A DNA stretch of 64,000 bases from Escherichia phage vB_EcoM_IME392. The stretch lies in the sequence record MH719082.1, one strand, 5' to 3'. The notes under the pieces were generated by a model. The model searched no databases. It was not told the DNA's origin and saw only the letters and a program-made list of their open reading frames with translations. Every line of letters begins with the position of its first letter. Position 1 is the stretch's first letter. Positions 37,589 to 45,373 of the stretch are shown here, piece by piece. A program made the position numbers and the translations under genes.

Positions 37589-38959
37589 AGTTTCCTTAGC
37601 CAAGAATACTTTAGGTACAAAGATCTTGAGGAACCCGAATAGAATACACAATACCCCAATCAGTACCGGAACAGCCGATACAGCTACCAGAGTCTTCGTT
37701 ACAGTTACTACGTCACCACCTGCCCAGTTAAGTGCAGCAGCAACTACACCCATGCTTACAATCCAGAATACACGAGTTCTAGGAGCGGTCATGGACTCTA
37801 CCGTAATACCTGCTGAGTCATGACCTGTAATAAAGAACAGAATCACAGACACGAGGGTAATTACTGAGAATATCCATCCGCCTGGGAAATTAGCCAGAAG
37901 CTGGAAGATATCCTGAGCACCATGTTGCAAACCGGCTACACCGAATACGGTAAACCATACGTTACTGATAATGGTAGGGAACAGTACACATCCCAGGATC
38001 AGTTCGCGAATAGTACGGCCGTAAGAGATACGTGCCACAAACGCTCCGACGAATAATGCCCAACCTACCCAGGCTGCATAGTAAGCATAAGGCCAGCTAG
38101 CCAGCCATTGCTTCTCTTCAGCAGTACTGCCAATGTTTACCGACATAGGAATAATCTGGAGCAGATAGCTGCCAGAATAGGTGATGGTCTTCCAGAGGTA
38201 TTCAAAGAATGTACCACTTACAGCAACGAATGCCATAATAGATAGAGCTACGATTACATTATATCTGGATAACCACTTAACCCCACGATCGACACCAGTT
38301 ACGGCACTAAGTACAGTGCCCAGAGTCAGGAGTGCGATAATGGTGTAAGGACCAACATCCACACCAAGGAACTCTTTAAATCCAGAACTGATCGGGCCTA
38401 CTGCGTAGACGAACGACAGGGTTAAGCCTATGATGGTCGAGAAGAGTAAGCTTATCGTATTAAGGTTATTCAGAGTTCGGGACTTGAATAACTGATTAAG
38501 CGGACGGTCTTCACCACGTACATGCAGTAAGTACCCGAATGCCACCCCTACGACTGCATACACAGCCCATGCATTAAGTCCCCAGTCAAAGAAGGTAGTT
38601 ACCATATTCTGACGTTCGGACATACCCTCCTGATGATGGTACATAGGTTCGAGTACGCCATAATAAATCATGGATACACCCATACCGGTACTAAACATCA
38701 TAGAGTAATAGGTAAAGCGATTGTATTTCGGAGTACCTTTACCCAGCTTAATGTTACCATGTTTGCTGAATACAAAGAATGCCAGGAACGCCAGGAAGAT
38801 CAGCGAAGACCAGGTAAATATGAATCCATACTGAGATATAAATACAGACTTACTCCAGTCCATTACAGCACCAAACTGGGTGGGAGCAAACATAATGGCG
38901 AGTACAATACCCACCGTTACCAGCACCGTCCCCCAGGTAACTACCTTTGAATCGGACAT
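37577..38959 (-). CDS. BCCT family transporter (betaine/carnitine/choline-type)
   Basis: Multi-pass membrane protein; FVGAFVARISYGRTIRE matches the BCCT signature. Confidence 0.8.
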   Translation of the reverse strand: MSDSKVVTWGTVLVTVGIVLAIMFAPTQFGAVMDWSKSVFISQYGFIFTWSSLIFLAFLAFFVFSKHGNIKLGKGTPKYNRFTYYSMMFSTGMGVSMIYYGVLEPMYHHQEGMSERQNMVTTFFDWGLNAWAVYAVVGVAFGYLLHVRGEDRPLNQLFKSRTLNNLNTISLLFSTIIGLTLSFVYAVGPISSGFKEFLGVDVGPYTIIALLTLGTVLSAVTGVDRGVKWLSRYNVIVALSIMAFVAVSGTFFEYLWKTITYSGSYLLQIIPMSVNIGSTAEEKQWLASWPYAYYAAWVGWALFVGAFVARISYGRTIRELILGCVLFPTIISNVWFTVFGVAGLQHGAQDIFQLLANFPGGWIFSVITLVSVILFFITGHDSAGITVESMTAPRTRVFWIVSMGVVAAALNWAGGDVVTVTKTLVAVSAVPVLIGVLCILFGFLKIFVPKVFLAKETPPV

Positions 38960-38962
38960 TGA

Positions 38963-39871
38963 TTATTCCTCAATTACGCCCTTAGCGATTAACTGGCGAC
39001 GGACGTATGCGTAGCCAGCAGGTGAAGTAGCGAGGACGATGTCCGCACTACGGAAGTTGGTTTCGATATAGAAGCACTCCTGAAGATCCCGAGTACAGAA
39101 GAGCTCAGTACTCATCATACCCTCGCGTACGTTACATGCATCTGCAACGAATTGCGCAACATCTTCGAAGTGGTCTACCGAATGACTATAGCCGAATCCA
39201 CGGGCATCAGTAGATATAACGTAGTTAGGGCAGTACGGAGTGAAGTCAGTATCTTCGTAGGATTTACCCTGGATAGTGAAGATATCTGCATAGTCCTTGA
39301 ACCCGCTCGGGCTAACCAGAAGATCCCAGGCAACTACCATACCATCGATAACATCTGCCTGAAGTACCAGAGAGGTAGTATATTCGTCCGGTGCCTTATC
39401 GCAGACCAAAATTGGGGAGTCTCCCAGAAGGTCCGACATAGTGCCCGCACCCTTGCCCCCGTGAACACGATCACGGCGTACAAACGCCTCCTGAGGCCTC
39501 TGGTACAGTCTGAACGACGGTACAATCAGCGAATCAGGCAGAGTTCCCAGGTTAGCTTCGGAGCGAAGGCAGGATAATTGGTCAGCTTTAGACCACGTAC
39601 TTTCGATAGCGTGCAGATCGTTACCGATTTTGGTATAGATATAGCTTTCCGGATTACGGCACTTACCCTGATTCAACTCTTCGATAACCGAGTCGAAATA
39701 AGGAAGTCGTACTGATCCCTCACGAGGAGCAGTTAACGCTACTGAGCCATGCTTGGTATGATCCTGATCAACTACCATAACCTGGTCCAGACTTACACCC
39801 ATCTTAAGAATCTGGGATAATGTAGCTGCCGTGTGATTAGTGCAGCCAATCATCAAATCTAACTTCTTCAT
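38963..39871 (-). CDS. hypothetical enzyme-sized protein (302 aa)
   Basis: ORF track; 4 nt downstream of transporter gene. Confidence 0.5.
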   Translation of the reverse strand: MKKLDLMIGCTNHTAATLSQILKMGVSLDQVMVVDQDHTKHGSVALTAPREGSVRLPYFDSVIEELNQGKCRNPESYIYTKIGNDLHAIESTWSKADQLSCLRSEANLGTLPDSLIVPSFRLYQRPQEAFVRRDRVHGGKGAGTMSDLLGDSPILVCDKAPDEYTTSLVLQADVIDGMVVAWDLLVSPSGFKDYADIFTIQGKSYEDTDFTPYCPNYVISTDARGFGYSHSVDHFEDVAQFVADACNVREGMMSTELFCTRDLQECFYIETNFRSADIVLATSPAGYAYVRRQLIAKGVIEE

Positions 39872-39898
39872 TTTAATTCCTCAGTTAACTTGTACAAC

Positions 39899-39928
39899 CT
39901 AACAGCCTTTCGAACCCTAAAAAGAGCG
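39899..39928 (-). promoter_or_regulatory. 31-bp conserved intergenic motif (variant)
   Basis: CTAACAGCCTTTCGAACCCTAAAAAGAGCG about 27 nt upstream of start at 39871. Confidence 0.45.
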
Positions 39929-39942
39929 AAATAATAGATATC

Positions 39943-39964
39943 TAGCCATCTCGTAAGATGGCTA
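39943..39964 (-). terminator. terminator-like hairpin
   Basis: UAGCCAUC-loop-GAUGGCUA downstream of methyltransferase gene; U-rich tail. Confidence 0.4.
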
Positions 39965-39972
39965 TGTATATA

Positions 39973-40713
39973 TTACTTTAATTCGGAGAGATCTGCGATC
40001 TTCACCTTAGCTGATACATCCCAGATTCCTTCACCAAATCCGGTATCTTCCAGCAGCTTAGGCACTTCACGTTTCTGTACCTTAGATTGCTCGTACTTAA
40101 GCAGAGGAATATTACCGGTCTTATCTGATTGATCCCACAGATAAGTAGCAGCACCGATGTTATCGAACAGTGCGAGATCTGGATTAAACTGGGTAAGGAG
40201 TCGGCAGTCCCAGTGAGACTTATGTTCCTCGAAAGGATTAGTTTCCGTGCCACGCTGACGATACTCATAGTTAGGAGTACCGATCACGATTTTAGCCTTA
40301 GACTGGAATAGCTTAGACAACACCATAAGCCCGTCTTCGCTATCCAGATGCTCCAACACATCCAGCCAGATAATAGTGCCGAATTTATCCAGCTCTTCAA
40401 TAGGAAGATCTTTCAACAGTTCAACGATATTGCAGATATAGATATCGCTATATACATTTACACTGCCTTTGATGTAGTCTTCGCAGATGTCCAGACCTGT
40501 AATCTGACCATCGAATCCTGCGTTACGGAGAGCAAGACCAATTTCTCCACGACCTAATCCCATATCCAGGATTGGCCCGGAGATAATTTCGTTACGGAGC
40601 ATCCATTGGAGAAAGTGCTTCTGGACTAAGTAGGAGGTGCCTCCGTTGCCCAGTGAAGCCTTCGTGACCTTAGTACCAGGAACGAAATTACACTCGATAT
40701 GTTTACCAAACAT
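39973..40713 (-). CDS. class I SAM-dependent methyltransferase
   Basis: Motif I ILDMGLGRGEIG and downstream acidic WLDVLEH block. Confidence 0.6.
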   Translation of the reverse strand: MFGKHIECNFVPGTKVTKASLGNGGTSYLVQKHFLQWMLRNEIISGPILDMGLGRGEIGLALRNAGFDGQITGLDICEDYIKGSVNVYSDIYICNIVELLKDLPIEELDKFGTIIWLDVLEHLDSEDGLMVLSKLFQSKAKIVIGTPNYEYRQRGTETNPFEEHKSHWDCRLLTQFNPDLALFDNIGAATYLWDQSDKTGNIPLLKYEQSKVQKREVPKLLEDTGFGEGIWDVSAKVKIADLSELK

Positions 40714-40739
40714 GTTCTGTCCTCATTAGTTTCGACACC

Positions 40740-40770
40740 TTAACAGCCTTTGGAGCCGTAAAAGAAGTGG
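40740..40770 (-). promoter_or_regulatory. 31-bp conserved intergenic motif
   Basis: Between terminator hairpin and methyltransferase start at 40713. Confidence 0.5.
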
Positions 40771-40792
40771 TATTGTACATATTCAAAAATTA

Positions 40793-40810
40793 GGGTGGCC
40801 GAAGCCACCC
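40793..40810 (-). terminator. intrinsic terminator (UUCG-tetraloop hairpin plus U-tract)
   Basis: GGGUGGC-UUCG-GCCACCC followed by UAAUUUUUG. Confidence 0.6.
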
Positions 40811-40817
40811 TAGTTAG

Positions 40818-42065
40818 TTACAGTTTACCGATCATCTTCTGAATCATCTCGTCAGAAGTCTGATTCTCTACCTTAGCACGACGTTCTTGCAGATTAGCAA
40901 TGCGGTCGTCGTGATCTTTCTTACGTAGCATGCTGATGCTACGGCTAAGGCAGGAATTCAACACTTCCTGGGTAATACCGAGAGCTTTGATGATCTGAGC
41001 ATCAGACTTATCCTGCATAACCAGCTCGCCCACTTTAGGAAGAATCTGGTAAATCTCGATGTCTCGGTCAATCTTCTTAAGAGACTCAGTCTTATGGACG
41101 GAGAATGCCTGATTGTAGAGAGCCATCGTGACTGCAATCCAGTCGCGAATACCCATCGTCACCAGTTGACCATTGTAGGCTACCTGGATACGATGCGAGC
41201 GGTTCATGTAAGCAATATTCATGCATGCTTCGTGAACCTCGTCCATATCGATGGTCCTGATACGGGGAGCCTTCATTACTCGGATATAGATCTTATCCTT
41301 GGACATGTTCTTGACCAGGATCTTACCTTCTGATAACCACTTATTCAGGAACCCGATGCGAGGAGTAATTACCTCACCAGACCCGATGATGTCGATGGTG
41401 TCGGTATTGACGCGAGTTACCTTAAGGGTAAGGCCTAAGCGACCTACACCAGTTTCCCATAAGGACTTAAGGTCTGACTTACTCGGCACGATATCATACC
41501 CGTACTGAGCCTTAAGCAGATTATAATCGTCATGCTTGTAGGCTTCCAGCAGACTCTCGTAAGTGAATGCTGGGATACGGGACTGAATACCAGTAGCCCA
41601 TGAGAAGGTACCATACATCAGAGCATACGGAATAGGCACTGGAAGGTATGCGTATTCCATCTTCTCTTCACCTTCAACCTGCGGAACATAGTCCGCTAGA
41701 CCGAAGTAGTATTCTGCACGATCTTCGTTCAGGCCAACCTTCGTGTAACGAGGAGCAGCACCAGGAACTTCTTCCAGCAACTTAACGCCGAAAGATCCCT
41801 GACCATCAATAGCACCGATGCGAGCAAGACGGGAAATAGTCCCATCGATAGACTGGTCACCGAATGGGTGTAGCGACTGAGTTTCTGAGATAGCGCTCAG
41901 AGTCCCCACCAGCTTCCCACGAGCAATGCTATTCAGAGCCATGTAGATACGGCGCTGGGCAGGAATCAGGCCATCGATACCGGGAACTACACGATGAAGA
42001 GCACAATACACACTGTAGTCAGTGTAGTTCTTGGTGATGAATTCAGAAATCTTTACCTGTTCCAT
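40818..42065 (-). CDS. type II topoisomerase DNA-cleavage subunit (GyrA/gp52-like)
   Basis: DGLIPAQRRI and HPFGD blocks; APRYTK around predicted active-site Tyr. Confidence 0.7.
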   Translation of the reverse strand: MEQVKISEFITKNYTDYSVYCALHRVVPGIDGLIPAQRRIYMALNSIARGKLVGTLSAISETQSLHPFGDQSIDGTISRLARIGAIDGQGSFGVKLLEEVPGAAPRYTKVGLNEDRAEYYFGLADYVPQVEGEEKMEYAYLPVPIPYALMYGTFSWATGIQSRIPAFTYESLLEAYKHDDYNLLKAQYGYDIVPSKSDLKSLWETGVGRLGLTLKVTRVNTDTIDIIGSGEVITPRIGFLNKWLSEGKILVKNMSKDKIYIRVMKAPRIRTIDMDEVHEACMNIAYMNRSHRIQVAYNGQLVTMGIRDWIAVTMALYNQAFSVHKTESLKKIDRDIEIYQILPKVGELVMQDKSDAQIIKALGITQEVLNSCLSRSISMLRKKDHDDRIANLQERRAKVENQTSDEMIQKMIGKL

Positions 42066-42067
42066 AA

Positions 42068-44053
42068 TTACTCCTTAAACAGACCGTAGTCTTCTAACAG
42101 TTGGCGACGAGCACGAGATGAGTACAGCAACTTACGAGCGGCATCGAGATGCTCTTCATTATCATCGTAGGTTACCTGGATAAGACGGCGAGATTTCGAG
42201 TTAATGATGAATTGCTCAGTTTCTTCTTCGGTATATGACCCGAGTCCCTTACGACGTTCAACATAGCACTTATCGAAGTCGATCTTATCCTTCTCGTCAG
42301 CGTAGTAGAACTCGGTCTTCTTACCATTCTTAACTACATAGAACGGAGCTTCGAGTTTATACAGACGACCATCTTTAACCAGCTCTGGAGCATGGATAAG
42401 GAAGATTGAGCTAATGAGGTTACTGATGTGCTGACCATCAACATCAAGGTCGGTCATAATGATGATCTTACCGTAACGAGCCTTATCTATGTCAAACATC
42501 TGGCCCATACCACACCCGATAGTATTGATGATCGCCAGCAGCTCTGGGTTATTCACGAATTCCATGATATCCATGGAAGCCGAGTTACGCATCTTACCGC
42601 GAAGAGGAAGCACCGACTGATACTCATTACGCAACTTGATGATATTACCAGAAGCAGACGGACCCTCTGTGATGAACAGCTCACGAAGATCCCAGCGGTC
42701 GGACGGAGATTCGTAGATCTTCGCCATGTCACCATCCATAGCGGCCTTACGGTGATCATCACCCATCACCAGCTTAGACTTAATGAAGTCCATGTTGGAG
42801 AGTTTATTCAGGCTAGCTTTGTAAGCCAGGATCTTGGCAATCAGAGCATCAAAGAATTGCTTATTCTTCTCGTATACCAGGCTGAAGTAGAATGTGAGCT
42901 GACTCAGGCATTCTTTCTCGTAGAAGAAGTACTCGCCATAATAGTCGTAATCGTTGATTTGCTCATCATTCAGCATCAACTTATTCTTAGCCATGATTTC
43001 CCAGTCGCTCCAGGACATACCGAGGCCAGTTAACTTCTCCTTAGTCTGCGAGGAGAATGCTGTACGATAGCTGGAGAAGACGTTAGTGAACACGATCAAT
43101 CCCAGCTTAGCATCACCAACAGTGATAGCAGAGTTAACTTTATTCAGCATACCGCCGAGCGCTCTCGTGACCAGCTTCTCATGCAGACCACCATGCGGGT
43201 TATTGATCAAGTTGATCATGTCTACATGGGAGTAGGACATATTCTTATCAGAGTAGCCCAACTCACCAGAGAAGGTCAGACGATCGTTGAACGAGAACTC
43301 GTACTTGACTGTAGTATCGAGGAACAGCTTCTCATTCTCTGCAACATCACGACGAAAATCCCAGGTAGCCAGAGCTTCACCATTAACGGTGATAGTTGCA
43401 TCACGACCAATCAGGGAGATCTTCAGAGGAACAGTATCCACATCAGACCAGATGCTGCGGTACAGAGTCGCATCAGGCACCATGAAGACTGCTGTGGAGA
43501 AGTCGGTAGCCTTTAACGTCTCGAGCACTTCGTCTGGGAAGCCATCGTCGTGAAGATCATTCAGATCATTGATCACTCCATCGATTTCCATAACACCACG
43601 GCGGAATCCGAGGACATAGAACTGACCTGGCTCCATAGGGATGTGTGCCTTATCTCCCTGCATTACGCGACGGATTACAACGAATCGCTCGGACACTGCG
43701 TTAACAGCGGAGCTACCTACGCCATGGGTACCAGAGGTAATTTCACGGTTATCGCCCAGCTTAGAGCCAGCATGCAGATCTGTTACAGTAGAGAACAGAA
43801 TAGATTTAGACGGATCTTCCGGATCAGCGTAGATAGGAATACCACGTCCGTTATCGGTAACCAACTTGTAGGCTTCACGGTTAATGATCTGCACTAGGTT
43901 AGCATAACCATTAAGCAGCTCGTCCTCCGCATTATTGATTATTTCCTGGAGAGGATGAGTGTAGTTAATCGGGTCACCGAGATACATGGATACGTTCTGA
44001 CGAACGTTATCAGGGTAACGCAATCTTGTGATTTCAATAGCATGTTCTGACAT
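42068..44053 (-). CDS. type II topoisomerase ATPase/TOPRIM subunit (GyrB/gp39-like)
   Basis: GHKL ATPase motifs DNGRGIP and GTHGVGSS; TOPRIM-like EGPSASG. Confidence 0.75.
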   Translation of the reverse strand: MSEHAIEITRLRYPDNVRQNVSMYLGDPINYTHPLQEIINNAEDELLNGYANLVQIINREAYKLVTDNGRGIPIYADPEDPSKSILFSTVTDLHAGSKLGDNREITSGTHGVGSSAVNAVSERFVVIRRVMQGDKAHIPMEPGQFYVLGFRRGVMEIDGVINDLNDLHDDGFPDEVLETLKATDFSTAVFMVPDATLYRSIWSDVDTVPLKISLIGRDATITVNGEALATWDFRRDVAENEKLFLDTTVKYEFSFNDRLTFSGELGYSDKNMSYSHVDMINLINNPHGGLHEKLVTRALGGMLNKVNSAITVGDAKLGLIVFTNVFSSYRTAFSSQTKEKLTGLGMSWSDWEIMAKNKLMLNDEQINDYDYYGEYFFYEKECLSQLTFYFSLVYEKNKQFFDALIAKILAYKASLNKLSNMDFIKSKLVMGDDHRKAAMDGDMAKIYESPSDRWDLRELFITEGPSASGNIIKLRNEYQSVLPLRGKMRNSASMDIMEFVNNPELLAIINTIGCGMGQMFDIDKARYGKIIIMTDLDVDGQHISNLISSIFLIHAPELVKDGRLYKLEAPFYVVKNGKKTEFYYADEKDKIDFDKCYVERRKGLGSYTEEETEQFIINSKSRRLIQVTYDDNEEHLDAARKLLYSSRARRQLLEDYGLFKE

Positions 44054-44088
44054 AATTTCTCCGGTCAGGTTTAAATAAGCTCACACAG

Positions 44089-44120
44089 TTTAACAGCCTT
44101 TGGAGGCCTCAAAGGAGCGG
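44089..44120 (-). promoter_or_regulatory. 31-bp conserved intergenic motif
   Basis: Upstream of topoisomerase ATPase gene start at 44053. Confidence 0.5.
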
Positions 44121-44752
44121 TTCACGAACAGGACTAAATCCTCTACTCTGGACTTATCTACCCACTCTGTTCTTCCTGGTAAGGACCTATTAGACTCGGA
44201 GAAGAAAGATAATCTCACTTTTGATTCTAAATCCACTCCCTCTTCTTTAGGCATCTCGATTAAGATTAGCGGGGTCATACCGATGCCTAATCCATCTAAT
44301 CTTCTTTCTATATTTGAAGTAATCCCATATTTAGCATTTCCAGATTGGTCCAATACGATATAAAAGACCACCTTACCTTCTGGAATGGTAGATATCGCTA
44401 GGTTCTTAATCACAGAGTTAGCGTATTCAGGATTCAACCATCGTTTATGATTTGAAGAGGATATCACTTTAGACATCTTCTTCTGGTAGTTCTCATCTTC
44501 CCACATTTTAATGTTGCGATTAGTCATGGAAACAGACCTAGCCCTGGTGGCGCATTCTGATCTTCCACATGTAGGACGATAGCCCTTAATCACGGATTTA
44601 AAGGAGCAGGGTTTTCCACATGAACATATTTTTACAGGAAAGAATTTTAAGTAATATTCATGCGGAGTTAAGCCATGAGATTTGGCATGGGAGGGAAATG
44701 CCTGGCCTCTTACTTCGGCAGAGCATATTCTACATTTATGATTCATAATCAT
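44090..44752 (-). CDS. putative GIY-YIG-like endonuclease with N-terminal zinc-binding region
   Basis: FYIVL...YGITSNIERRL resembles GIY-(x10)-YIG with downstream Arg; N-terminal Cys/His cluster. Confidence 0.35.
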   Translation of the reverse strand: MIMNHKCRICSAEVRGQAFPSHAKSHGLTPHEYYLKFFPVKICSCGKPCSFKSVIKGYRPTCGRSECATRARSVSMTNRNIKMWEDENYQKKMSKVISSSNHKRWLNPEYANSVIKNLAISTIPEGKVVFYIVLDQSGNAKYGITSNIERRLDGLGIGMTPLILIEMPKEEGVDLESKVRLSFFSESNRSLPGRTEWVDKSRVEDLVLFVNRSFEASKGC

Positions 44753-44990
44753 ACCACTTAGTTAATTCAAGGAAGTCATCCATCGCGGAATTAAAGAAGG
44801 AGTCTATCTCCTTAGCCATTTCCTTGGCGAAGCGACCAGATTCGGTCGACATCACTACCTTAGCCTCGCCCATAGGGTGCTTGACCACTTCGTAGATTCC
44901 CAGATTTGGGTAATACACTATGCTGGATAGGAAGTTTACAGACTTAACCACCACAGTATTGAATTGAGTTACTTCCACCATCTTAATCAT
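44736..44990 (-). CDS. hypothetical protein
   Basis: ORF track. Confidence 0.4.
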   Translation of the reverse strand: MIKMVEVTQFNTVVVKSVNFLSSIVYYPNLGIYEVVKHPMGEAKVVMSTESGRFAKEMAKEIDSFFNSAMDDFLELTKWYDYES

Positions 44991-45226
44991 GCTTCACCTA
45001 CCATTTTCAGGAAGGTGTCTACCATAATCGGGTCGAAGCTATCGACATCGGCAGTATGCATCAGGGCGGAGAATAATGAGTTAGCCCAGTGCTCCGTAAC
45101 TCCGTCTTTACCTTCGAGAATTACGCAGTACTGATCTTTGGAAGGATGGTACTGAATCTTAGCAACATTGCGATTCGAGGTCAGGACCAAAATCTTGGTT
45201 CCCGAGATAGTGAAGATTCTAGACAT
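44987..45226 (-). CDS. hypothetical protein (79 aa)
   Basis: Internal ATG at 45226; longer ORF would overlap conserved element. Confidence 0.4.
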   Translation of the reverse strand: MSRIFTISGTKILVLTSNRNVAKIQYHPSKDQYCVILEGKDGVTEHWANSLFSALMHTADVDSFDPIMVDTFLKMVGEA

Positions 45227-45249
45227 ATAATAATCCCAAATTAGAAGAT

Positions 45250-45335
45250 CCGCAGCGGGAACGCCCCGCCACCCAAAAGAACGGGCTTTAGGAGGTCCCA
45301 TAAATCGTTTTATTTTTCATTATTTGAAAAATAAA
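45250..45335 (-). repeat. composite conserved intergenic element, family B, copy 5
   Basis: GCGGG-aacgc-CCCGC hairpin + CACCCAAAAGAACGGGCTTTA...AAATCGTTTTATTTTTCATTATTTGAAAAATAA. Confidence 0.5.
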
Positions 45336-45352
45336 ATAATCTACACAAAAAT

Positions 45353-45368
45353 GGGGTCCGAAGACCCC
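45353..45368 (-). terminator. intrinsic terminator (UUCG-tetraloop hairpin plus U-tract)
   Basis: GGGGUC-UUCG-GACCCC followed by AUUUUUGUG, just after stop of SbcCD-like gene. Confidence 0.6.
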
Positions 45369-45373
45369 ATCAA

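Noticed and set aside
42428-43033. 201-aa plus-strand ORF (and similar plus-strand ORFs at 7450-7800, 13242-13562, 23068-23493, 50301-50789, 51948-52349)
   Set aside because: Each lies entirely antisense to a well-supported minus-strand gene with recognisable motifs; no RBS context; typical shadow ORFs.
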